Part shown: in pieces, positions 41,584 through 52,200 of the stretch
Position numbering within the stretch: position 1 is the stretch's first letter
Layout of the letters: every line of letters starts with the position of its first letter
Source of the DNA: Trypanosoma brucei
Taxonomy: Eukaryota
Assembly: GCA_000002445.1 (NCBI GenBank)
Contig: CH464491.1
Span: forward strand, 2,176,001-2,240,000
Length of the DNA: 64,000 bases
Direction of reading: 5' to 3'
Program-made: the position numbers and the translations under genes
The notes under the pieces: generated by a model
The model's database searches: none
Seen by the model: the letters and a program-made list of their open reading frames with translations, nothing else
Told to the model about the DNA's origin: nothing

Positions 41584-42644
41584 TGCCACCACTGCGAAGT
41601 TGTTTGGTGGTATTAACAACGGGTAGGGGTGTGGTGTGGGGTTGCGACAAAGGAGAGATTTTGATGGGAAAGCGAAGGAATTTGCTTCAATAGAAACATT
41701 CGCAACCCCCAGAGAAGTGTTGTGTGTTGAATGCAGATATGCTGGGAAGTGTAACGCGGGCTTTCACTAGATGACAGGAGGGGGTGCTGGAAAATATGTG
41801 TCGGCTGTCGGTGCTTGCAGAGCAGAGAAGGTGAAAATAATTTGCCATGTGGGGTGGAAATGAGGGATAGAAAGGGGTTTAAGACCTGCGGTTTTTTAAA
41901 AATTATCCCGTCTGACCCCCAAAAAAGTTGTTTTGCTTTTCTTTTTTTTACTATACTGTGTGGCGAAGGGACGTGGGGAGTGTCGTTGTATGCAATGCTG
42001 AAGAGGAAGATCGAAGTACCAAAGCGGATCTAACTGCCTACTGCCGGTGAACTGCCGTTCGACTCCATGTGGTGCTTTGATGGTGAAGGGTGAAGGTGAA
42101 GGGGAGAAAGGAGGGAAAGAAGGGATATGTTGAAGCACTTTTGTGGATGCCTTCTTAATGTGCTTCATACGACTGCTGTCAAGCCAAAGAGAGTTGCTTA
42201 TATACAATATGCCTTCCTCTTTTTACGGCAATTACTATATCACTAACTCCCGTTGGCGTTGTATCTCTTGTCTTGTCCCTTTTTTGTTTCTTTCCTCCCG
42301 TTTGGGTTTGCTTGTGCCCAATGATATCTGTACGTGTGTTTCACTCTGTGCTCAATGTCGGCGTTTTTGTCATGCAGACCAGCTATAGCTGTAAAAAAAA
42401 AACAGTATGCGGTACAACTTCTTCTGAATATCATTTTTTTTTTTTTGACGGGGGCGCTGGTTATTGATCGTTACGACTGAAGTTCAAAAGGACTATCACT
42501 TGGCGAAGGCTATTTGAAATTAGTAGCATACACGGAGACATAAACACAAACACAGAAGAGTCAGGAGGGAAAACATTAGTGAAGCGAGTAGAGGACCCCA
42601 ACTGGAGCGTTTTGTAACGAAGTTGCATACCATCATCCGTTACC

Positions 42645-43304
42645 ATGATGTACATTCGTACCTTCGGTGACATGCTTCACCTCCTGGCTATTTTTATTCT
42701 ACTAGGAAAGATGCTGCGGGGGCGTTCTGCTGCGGGTCTTTCTCTTAAAACGCAATTTCTTTTTGCTCTTGTCTTCACGACGCGGTACCTTGACCTGTTT
42801 TTGTCCTTTATTTCTGTGTACAACACCATGATGAAGATATTTTTTCTCGCAACCTCGTGGCATATTTGTTACCTAATGCGTTGTAAAAGCCCGTGGAAGA
42901 CAACCTATGACCACGAGAACGACACCTTCCGCATCCGTTACCTGATCATTCCCTCGTTTGTTCTCGCCCTTCTTTTCAACGGTCACCAGCATGGCATGTG
43001 GGTGATGGACGTGTTATGGGCATTTTCGCAGTACCTGGAGTCTGTGGCTATTCTACCACAAATCTTCTTACTGGAATATACAGAACGCTACGAAGCACTC
43101 ACATCGCATTACCTCGCCGCCATGGGTGCCTACCGCCTCTTTTACCTTATACATTGGATTGCTCGCTATTTCGTGCACGGAAGCGTTAATGCTGTCTCTG
43201 TGTGCGCTGGCGTGCTTCAGACAGTGTTGTACGTTGACTTCTTTTACCACTACATCAGCCAGGTTGTGTGGCGCGCTAAGCAGCGATATGATTTGGCGCG
43301 ATGA
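42645..43304 (+). CDS. ERD2: ER lumen protein-retaining receptor (KDEL receptor, ERD2)
   Basis: Matches KDELR along its length. FGDMLHLLAIFILLGKM matches LGDLSHLLAIILLLLKI, ALVFTTRYLDLF matches AVVFTARYLDLF, and YLESVAILPQIFLL, SHYLAAMGAYRLFYLIHWI and LQTVLYVDFFYHYI all have KDELR counterparts. Confidence 0.95.
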   Translation: MMYIRTFGDMLHLLAIFILLGKMLRGRSAAGLSLKTQFLFALVFTTRYLDLFLSFISVYNTMMKIFFLATSWHICYLMRCKSPWKTTYDHENDTFRIRYLIIPSFVLALLFNGHQHGMWVMDVLWAFSQYLESVAILPQIFLLEYTERYEALTSHYLAAMGAYRLFYLIHWIARYFVHGSVNAVSVCAGVLQTVLYVDFFYHYISQVVWRAKQRYDLAR

Positions 43305-44676
43305 AATGGGTATCGTTATGAGCACGGCATGATTTGTTTCGACTTTGTTGTACATGCACTTGGATATCCACGTGAATATGTATGTTCGTAATGGAGACAA
43401 GCAGAGGAGAATCAGGCAACGGCGGGAAGAAGGTGTTGTATTATTGCTGCGACTCGGGAAACGAGGTAAGAAGGGGCTGGAGGTGAAGGCGAGGTGAAGA
43501 GGGAAAGTGATGGAGGAGTTAGCGTGGAAGCTGGAATTGTCGCGCCATGTGGTGCATTAGAGTGAAGGAGGGTGGCCGCTTGTAAGGGACTGGAGAGATA
43601 CGGAACATGAACACTGTGAGTAGAATAGAGATATTGTGGGAATCATGAATGAGGAGTGTGCATACGAGTTGGCGTGTGTGATTAGGGGTTTGTCCTTATT
43701 ATAAAGAGGAGGGGCCGGTGCTGCAATCACCATTCAGGGATCTTCTTGCATCCTACTGAAAATACAGAGCGGATTTGTTAACGAAGTTTTGCGTTCAAGC
43801 CATTTAAGTTAGATCCCTCACCGTACGCCCTGTAGTCATAGGGAAAGTCGAGCAGATTGCAGCGGAAGATGTTTTATTGAGCACATTCCTTCGTTTGCTT
43901 TCACTCAAGCACTGATGGCTGTGGGAGCGAGGGGGATTAAGAACATGCCGCACGCGGGGGGGGGGACTGTTTTTTTTTTTTCACACCAAATGTCGGTCAC
44001 GTTCCGAAACGGATGGACCACCTTTCAGTTTTGTGTTTGGTTTTGGCACACCGGGCGTTGGTTTGGATCTGCATTATGGTAATGTACTGAGTGCTACCAA
44101 ATGCGCCTTGTGTCCTGCTGTCTTCTCATTTATGTCGTTTGCTGCTTCGTTTAAGTTTTTTTTTGTTAACGAATGCATACTTGCGAGCCCGCCTCCCTTT
44201 TGTACAAGCATGTCCTTCGACCCCAGCTTGACGCGGTACTAATAGGCTTTCCTTATCTGACTCTTTCTGTCCTATTGAGACATTTTCAGTCGTCCTGCTT
44301 CAAATGTGACGTGCCCGTACGTTACTCGTAGATATGACCCCCTTCCCCTTTTCATATTGCCAACTTAAAAGTTTTCGGGATAGAAAGAGACTGTGGAGAA
44401 TGGTACTGTTGCGGGATGGGGTCAGTTCTTCTGTACGTGGGGCCTTCACATCAACTGTGTAGTTTCAATGCACACGACTGCTGTTGCAAAACTTGGACCA
44501 GAATTGCCACTGTTATCTTTGTTGCTTTATCACGGTTTCTGTCTCACTATTTCCACTTCTCTTTCGCTCCCCCTCTTCTCGTTTTTTAGTCGGTTGTGTT
44601 GTCTTTCTCAGCTTCAGGGGGAGAAAGGAGAACGGTAGCATCAACCGCCACCTTGGGTGTGCGGACCTTTTCAGTT

Positions 44677-47600
44677 ATGAACAATTATCATATTTACGAC
44701 GAAATTGGAAAGGGCCGCCACAGTCGTGTCTATAAGGGGCGACAGAGAAAGTCGATAGAGTACTATGCGATATCGTCCATAGAGAAATCGCAGCGGCAGC
44801 ATGTGCTCACAAACGTAAAATTCCTTCGGTCCTCAAATCACCCCCGTATCATCAAGTTTCACAACTGGTACGAAACAAACAATCACCTGTGGGTTATTAC
44901 CGAACTTTGCACAGGGGGAGACATGCGGCAGGTGTTACATCCAGAAAGTCGCCTGTCAGAGGCAGCTGTCCGCTTGTATGGTGGGGACATTGCGGAGGGT
45001 CTCATGTACATCCACTCACGTGGAGTTGTGTACCGTGATTTAAAGCCGTCTAATGTCCTTATGGACTCCACCATGGCAATGCGGTTCTATGATTTCGGAC
45101 TTTCGTGTAACTTTCCCGTAAACTGTGGAGGTGGCACGATAGGGACTGCGATGTACATGGCCCCGGAACTCTTCATGAAGGAGGGCGTGCCGTCCATTGC
45201 ATCCGACTTGTGGTCTTTTGGATGCGTGCTGCTGGAGATGAGAACTGGAAAACCCCCGTTTGATGCCGATAACTTGGAAGAACTAATTACACAAATTCTC
45301 ACGGAACCATATCATCCCCACGAGGAGCTTTCTGATGAGCTGAATGAGCTACTCGGGAAGTTGCTAGTGAAGAACCCTCTAGAACGGGCAACGTGGGAAG
45401 ATGTTGTATTGAGCCCTTTTTGGCAGGGTCGACTGCATATGCCTGCCGCCCCTCACCCACCCCAACCTGCTTTTGAGAGTTTAAAACAGAAACGGCTCGC
45501 TTCTGATGGGGGAAAGGGTGACTTTGTGATGACACTAGAGGAAGCCAAGAAGGCGGTAGAATGGACTGTAGAGGTTGCGAAGCGCAACTTTATTCTCACG
45601 CAACCCGACTCTGATGGATCCGCGCTGATATGTCTGGGTGTGTACGATCGCATTGACACAAGAGACCTCACTGGAGAAGGTGAGGGTGTTCGCGACCCTA
45701 CGTCAGGTTCACTGATAGGGGATGGAAATTCGTGTGCCTCCCCCTCGTCTTGTGTAGCCCGGGTGGGCTGTGACAGCAACGCGGGGCGGCAAGGTGACGG
45801 CGCAGCACAACGGGAAGGCGATCACAACAGGGAGATGGTGAGCGATATTGGTACAGCCGTTGGTGGTAACGCCGCAAAAAATAGCAACGTGAAACAGTTG
45901 GTAGGCGGAGGTAAATTCAGTACTGCTCTTATCGATAGCCTGTTGAGCCATGTATCAGACGCGCACGTTAGGCCGCTGGTTATGAATAATCACATCGAGC
46001 GGTTTGTTGAACAAAAGTATGATGCCAAAGCTCTAGGCTTCGAGCCGCTGACGAAGAGTCAGTTGAAAGCTTACGATGAAGAACAAAAGGCTCGCTTTGT
46101 GACGAAAGTGTACCAGAGACTATCGTCATCCTCTTTGTCTTGCGAAGACAAGCTGAATGTACTCTGTTACTTTGAATCTATATGCTCGGAAAGTTCTACC
46201 GCCAATTTTGTTGTGAGCAGCTCGATCATGACGTTGTGTCTCAATATGGCCGGCCATCGCAAAGCTTCTTCTAGCTTCCGTGCCACGGCAGCGTCCATCA
46301 TGGGCATTCTTGTCCGGCATGCCACATTTATACACCCGGATCTCGCCAAGGTTAATATCCTTGCTTCAATAGTGAAAATGTACGCTGAGGAGGAGAGTTC
46401 TCGAGTACGGCGTAAGTTGGTTGCATGCTACGGCGAGTTTCTCATCTATATAGCAGTGCAGCAAGAGCGGGAGCGTGCCGTGTGGGGCGTTGACGTTCCC
46501 GCCACCTTCAATCTATACAGGAGCCTTTTGAACGACCCGGACGATGTGCAGAAGCACTACGCCATCAAAACCATCGAAAATCTGGCATCGGTGGGTAACC
46601 GCCAAATCGCACTTGACGCCTTCGTGAATGCGGAAACGATTTCCCTGTTGCTCTCTATACACGCGTTACCTCCAACGCCAACTTGTGGTGAATATATGCG
46701 AGCTGCCGCAGCGTGCACGGCTCTGAAACTTGCGATGCTCCGGGAGGAACTCATACCTGCTGTGCTGGAGTCCCCATACCTAAAGCTTGAAGCGTATGGT
46801 GGTGTACTTGCTGCACCTAGTCCAAAATTGGCACAAGCGTTGTTGACGTTTGTAAACATGACGTTAGTTAAGGGGATGGTGGGGTTACGGCACGCAAACA
46901 TTACAAAGCTTGGGAAACCAGATGCAACAAGCCCTTTCGCCTCTTCGCGGCTTACGGGAGACAAGGCGAAGGGGGTGCTGACCGCACTTAGTGGGGTCGC
47001 TGAGGCAGTTGTGCGCGGGCTTCGTAACGGCAGTGAACACGCTACAACAGCGATGAAGGGAAAAACGTTGGTGTTGTTTATTCTCTTAGGATGCATGGAC
47101 GAGCAGCTACTGGTAAGGTTCTTCACTTCATCCCGGTGTGTTGCGTACGCCGATGGTATAGCGAAGGACAAGGACAGCTACGTGCAACGTTGCACACAGG
47201 GCTTTGCTGTGTACCTGAGTTATTTCTTCGGTTCACAGTTGGAAGGATTGACTCACGGGGCACCGTCCTTCATGATGAACAACGTCCCCAGTGCTCTGTG
47301 TAACCTATTAGGTACTAGGCACTTGTCCTCTATGTTGCAGCTAAATGATAAAGTCTTTTCCAGTATTGGGAAGTGTCTTGTGATGGTGTCCTCGTCGTCA
47401 CGCTATGCTGCTGCTGGAACGAATCTCCATGAATTGGTAGAGCTACTAGCGCAGAATCGCGAGTTAGTGTTGCGCCACCGTCTTGTTATTTCGAGTGATA
47501 TTTTTCCACCATATTTGAGCATGCTGGCCGAATCTGAGAGTGAGCGCCGTTTCCTATCGTTGCGAATCCTTAGAGCGTTGATTGTCCCTTTTGGCTCAGA

Positions 47601-48438
47601 GTCATCTCGTCAGAATGAGGAAGCACAGAAAGAGGGTGCGATGTTGGACCGTGTGATGCAGGTGGTAGCTGGTATGCTGGGTGATTTGCTGAAGGAGGTT
47701 GAGCCCATCCCTGTTCATGGTATCGGATTGTTGGCAACGTGCGGCGAGAGGCGACCCAAGACGCTTGCCAACCTTGCGACTGTGGAGCTCATAGGCGAAC
47801 TGGTTCGGTACATGATGCGATCGAGGCAGAGCGGTGTTTCCAGTCCACTACAACTGGTCATGCTAGCACTACAGACGGAGCGCGGTGGCGTTCTGATGGA
47901 TTACCTTGCAGAGCAGAACTTTCCTGTGGAGGTGCTGCTGAACATTTTGGTGATGGCTGTGGAGAAGGAGGTGGATAATCTGCTGGAACCGTGCTGTGAA
48001 CTCTTTGAACATTTCCTAAAGCAGGCGGTAGCTAATCCCAACGCTGCTGCATTACGCCAGTCAGTTATGTCCGTCGCACCACGGGCCCTGGAGACGCTGT
48101 GGCTCCCTCTGTGCACTTCTCCTGTTGGTACCACTGCAAAGAGTGCCGCGGCGTGTGTGTTGTATTTTACGCAGCTTTCTCCAGAAGTGGGGCAGGAATT
48201 GCTCTCTGATGGTAACGTCCAATACATACGTGAGGTTTTGGACAAGTGTCGAAGTCCTGGAGCGGTTGTGTGTGTTATACGTACCCTACGTCTCATTCTT
48301 GAACGAGGTACGAAGCACGACGCGCAAAAGCTCATGCCCTGGCTGCTTGGCTCACTGGAGGCTGCTGAGCAAGACCAAAAATGCGGTGGCATTGTTGCTT
48401 TGGAAATTAGGGGTATTAAAGAACTTTTACGTCCCTAG
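44677..48438 (+). CDS. ULK4: ULK4 orthologue: N-terminal kinase-like domain followed by about 950 aa of ARM/HEAT-like repeats
   Basis: The N-terminus matches human ULK4. YDEIGKGRHSRVYKGRQRKSIEYYAI matches [26 protein letters not shown], and FHNWYETNNHLWVITELCTGG matches [21 protein letters not shown]. The overall length is similar and the C-terminus is a helical repeat region. The beta3 Lys is absent (YAIS) but YRDLKPSN and DFG are retained. The track start at 44596 is GTG; the first ATG is at 44677. Confidence 0.88.
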   Translation: MNNYHIYDEIGKGRHSRVYKGRQRKSIEYYAISSIEKSQRQHVLTNVKFLRSSNHPRIIKFHNWYETNNHLWVITELCTGGDMRQVLHPESRLSEAAVRLYGGDIAEGLMYIHSRGVVYRDLKPSNVLMDSTMAMRFYDFGLSCNFPVNCGGGTIGTAMYMAPELFMKEGVPSIASDLWSFGCVLLEMRTGKPPFDADNLEELITQILTEPYHPHEELSDELNELLGKLLVKNPLERATWEDVVLSPFWQGRLHMPAAPHPPQPAFESLKQKRLASDGGKGDFVMTLEEAKKAVEWTVEVAKRNFILTQPDSDGSALICLGVYDRIDTRDLTGEGEGVRDPTSGSLIGDGNSCASPSSCVARVGCDSNAGRQGDGAAQREGDHNREMVSDIGTAVGGNAAKNSNVKQLVGGGKFSTALIDSLLSHVSDAHVRPLVMNNHIERFVEQKYDAKALGFEPLTKSQLKAYDEEQKARFVTKVYQRLSSSSLSCEDKLNVLCYFESICSESSTANFVVSSSIMTLCLNMAGHRKASSSFRATAASIMGILVRHATFIHPDLAKVNILASIVKMYAEEESSRVRRKLVACYGEFLIYIAVQQERERAVWGVDVPATFNLYRSLLNDPDDVQKHYAIKTIENLASVGNRQIALDAFVNAETISLLLSIHALPPTPTCGEYMRAAAACTALKLAMLREELIPAVLESPYLKLEAYGGVLAAPSPKLAQALLTFVNMTLVKGMVGLRHANITKLGKPDATSPFASSRLTGDKAKGVLTALSGVAEAVVRGLRNGSEHATTAMKGKTLVLFILLGCMDEQLLVRFFTSSRCVAYADGIAKDKDSYVQRCTQGFAVYLSYFFGSQLEGLTHGAPSFMMNNVPSALCNLLGTRHLSSMLQLNDKVFSSIGKCLVMVSSSSRYAAAGTNLHELVELLAQNRELVLRHRLVISSDIFPPYLSMLAESESERRFLSLRILRALIVPFGSESSRQNEEAQKEGAMLDRVMQVVAGMLGDLLKEVEPIPVHGIGLLATCGERRPKTLANLATVELIGELVRYMMRSRQSGVSSPLQLVMLALQTERGGVLMDYLAEQNFPVEVLLNILVMAVEKEVDNLLEPCCELFEHFLKQAVANPNAAALRQSVMSVAPRALETLWLPLCTSPVGTTAKSAAACVLYFTQLSPEVGQELLSDGNVQYIREVLDKCRSPGAVVCVIRTLRLILERGTKHDAQKLMPWLLGSLEAAEQDQKCGGIVALEIRGIKELLRP

Positions 48439-49206
48439 ACGCGTTACACGTGTTGCTGGGTGCGAGAGGATGATTGGTAGTGGGGGCGAGTGTATCTGGC
48501 AGCACATAGTGCAGTATTACCTCACTCTCTTTCCGGAGTTGCTTACTCTGGAATACATACGCGGGCCCTGGTAGGGTGTAATTTTTTTCGTAGCCCTTCG
48601 CAATACATTTTACTGTTTTCCTACCTACCGAGGAACATGGTTTGGAGAGAGACTGGTTCCTTTGATCATCTGCACGGAGGGAGGGGGTGAGTAGAAGCTA
48701 GTGTGCTTCTCATCTGGAAAAGTTTGGGTGCGTACGTCGCTGGCTACCTAAGCCTAGCGGATGCCAAAAGATAAAGAGCCCCACAATAGGGTGCCTCATT
48801 CATTGGGTTGTGGTTCCTTCTGCACACAGCCGTGAAACTGATTTTTTCTTTTCCACAGGACTCTCTCCGTTTTTCTTTTCCTATTGACAGTACACTTTGC
48901 GTTAGTGCGTCTTCTCACGTGCTTTCCCCCCGTTCCCTTTGTCTACCCACCAGCACTCTCTTCCCCTCACTAATGTTTGTGATATGTGTTTGTTTATCTT
49001 AAACACAGCGTTTCTCGTCGCCGTCGTTGTTACTGAACCTGTTGTTTCTCTGTAGTGGTTCTCTTTTCCCGTTTTTTCTTTACTTCTTCTGTTATCTTTT
49101 GGGTGCAGAACCACCTTTATTGTGGGACCGTTATACTTAGAGGGGGACATTTGTACCCAAGCACTGACACACGCAAAGCTTCCCATCGGTTAACTTTAGC
49201 TTGCCG

Positions 49207-52200
49207 ATGCTTCAACACTTTCTCCGTCCTGAGGTGTTGGGAACCACCGGGAAGGACGAAGAAAATGGAACGAAGGACCACCAACCCGGCCAGCAAAGGC
49301 CGACGACTTCCAGGCTTGACTCACAGTCGCTAACAGCCACCGACACTGTAAGTGAGAGACCCAAGACAGCGGAACCACTGGACCTTGTTTCAATTAGTGC
49401 CACCTACAAGGAGACGGCTGTTCTCTTTCCTGATGCCCACCAGGCGGCATTCGAACCAAAGGTGCAAGTGCCTTTTGAGTTCCAGCGGGGGCGTATCCCA
49501 CGTGAGATTGAAATAGAGCGCCGCCGCCGACTATACGAATCGAAAGATGTAAGCCGCCTTGTTCAGGTTGCAGGGTTAACGCTGAAACTTTTAGCCCACA
49601 AAAGTAGCCAGGAGCTACCCCTGCAGGTATTCGACGATACGTCGTACGATAGTAGAATCCCAGCCGAGTGGATGGAAATTGCAGCGCAGAATGAGAACCC
49701 CGCTGGTCGCTACCTTCCCGCCGAAGGAATATACGAATTCATGAACTCCGATTTCCGCATGCGGCCCTGCCGTGTTATCGGTTGGGACGTTGCCAGGAAT
49801 GAGGTGAAGTTACTCTGGGGCGCCAAACCTGTACCGGACGAAACGCCCGTTGTTGTGCCACGTTTCCACGTGCGCCTACTGGCGGAGGACCCCGTTGTGT
49901 ATGTGGAACGCCTCGTGAATGCCCAAAAGCAGCGTGTGAAGGCTATGGCTTGGATTCGCTACCGTTTGTGCTGTGACGCGATGCCTACGGATGGTCTACC
50001 CGGGCTAGATTCCAATCTCAGTGATCGGCTTCTACGTCTTGGCACTGGAATTCCAAACTTAAACAAAGCTGTTTTCCCTGATGTCGATGAGCGTGCCCAG
50101 CGCCTCATAGCCGAGTTAACACTGGAATGGCAGCGCAGTCACAATCGTATCCTCCTACAGGATCTGATGCAGCGTGACGAGTCAACATTGCGTATGGTGG
50201 CTAATACAACACAAATGAGCCTGCAGGAGTTGGTGCGAGGACCAAATGTAGAGATCCGACGGACTATCAAGTCAGACCCAAGTTCTGTAATCCCCATTGG
50301 TGACTTTGACTTCGCAGAAAGAGAAAGGTCCTTTACTTTTTCAACCTATTACACTCAACCAGAAGTGGTGACAGCGCTGACCGGGGTCCGAAGCGAGTGT
50401 ATGAAGGTTTTGGAGGGGAGTTTGTTTAACCTTCCGAAGGCCCGCCAGATGCAGCTGTCAGAGTTTCAAAAGCTGCAGAGGGACCACATGGCAGCAGTTG
50501 AAAAATATCTTAAAGGAGAATGGACGGAAAACATATGTAACGTGATTAGGAACAGCTTTGTTTCCGCGGGAAAGGGGTGGCTGAACGTGCACGAGTCAAA
50601 GCAGGAAATATATGAGATATCGAAGTTGAAGAAGTTTTTTACGACTGTGAAGTTCATGATGGAAGACACGTTGTTTGACCTCGTTTACACTTCGTTGCAG
50701 GATTTTACTGTCTTTTTTGAGGAGGTATCAGAGTTTACAGTTAATGTGATAGACATGAACAACGTGGAGAACAAGTGGCCTGGAAGTGATGCCGATGACT
50801 GTGTGGAGAAGCAACCGCTGTTTACCATTAGGCTTGCCGAACAGGACGGGTCGTTTACCTACAGCATTTCCTTCAAGGACTTTGAGGAAGCAATCATTGA
50901 CCTCTTTTTTAGTGCCATTCAGTGTACAGATGCCATTCCACAGGTGGAAAAGTTTGTGATGTCGCAGTATTTCTGGCGACGTGAAGGTGAAGGGCCGTTT
51001 TTAGACTCCGTGAAACAACAGGAAGAGCGAGTTTGTTTGTTACGAGACCGCGTGCGCCATGCGCTGCAGAATTCGATGAAACCACTGAGGGACTACCTGC
51101 AGACTTATGATGATCTGCTACCATTGGTTCGTCTCGATAAAAAGGTGTTCATCACAGAGTATGCTGCGCAGGAGCACACCATGGAGGAGATGAAGGAGGA
51201 GATTCGCGCCCATTTGAAGGCGAAGAAAGTAGTGGCACAGAAGCTCCCTGCCTTTATTACAGTGGGCAATTATGTTGTGGACTGCCAGTCATTCGGCCAG
51301 ATTATGGCTAGCAAGGAGCATGAACTCGCGAAGCTTGTGATGAATCTCATATGTAAGATTGCCAAGACCAAGACATCGTACATCCGCGAGGAGTTCACCA
51401 AAATTGTGCGAGTAGTGGAGAAACAACCCCAGACCCCTGAGAAGCTGTACGAGCTGAAAGCTATAATTGTCAACACACCTGAGCGCATCTCCGAACTCTC
51501 TGCTGAAATCGAGGAGATGCGGCAGTACTATAATGTGCTTGATGGTTTTCAGTATGAGCTTAGTGACGAGGAATCGCGGCAGAAGTGGGAGGCCATCAGT
51601 TGGCCACGACAGCTGACACTGCGCATACAAGAAACCAACAAGCAGCTAGAGAAAGTGGAGGAAGAACTCCATGCCCGTCTCCAGAAAGAAGCCGAAGAGT
51701 TCAGCAAGAAGGTGGATGCTCTGCAACGTGTTGTGGCGACATTCTCCAAGTATACCGACGCTACAGAGGCAGAGAAGGTTGCGGCAGAGGTGAAGGTGAA
51801 CAGTATTGAGATCCGTAAGTGCATTGAACAGGCCCGCTCGATTAACAGTGATCAGCGCCTCTTTGGCGATAAGCTCACGGACTACCGTAGTGTGTTTGAG
51901 CTAGAAAAGGAGTTTAAGCCGTACAGTGATTTGTGGCTAACCACTTACCAATGGCAAGACTGTTATCGCCGCTGGCACGCTGACCCATTTGATTCTCTGG
52001 ACCATGAAGAAATTGATACAGTGGTGACAAACGCCTTTAAGACGATGACACAATTGTCCAAGACGTTCAAGGATAAGAATGCAACGCTAAAGATCGTGTC
52101 GGAGATTCGGGGTAAGGTGGAAGCGTTTAAAAAATGGGTCCCGATTGTAACCTCTCTGCGCCAACCTGGCATGAAGGAGCGCCACTGGAAGGGCCTTTCA

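Noticed and set aside
41244-41693. 149-aa ORF overlapping the V-ATPase e candidate
   Set aside because: It is in a different frame with no recognisable similarity. The shorter frame gives a near-perfect subunit e match.
46557-48392. Minus-strand ORFs of 204 and 163 aa inside the ULK4 CDS
   Set aside because: They are antisense to a strongly supported long CDS. They are Ala/Ser-rich translations typical of the reverse frame of GC-rich coding sequence.
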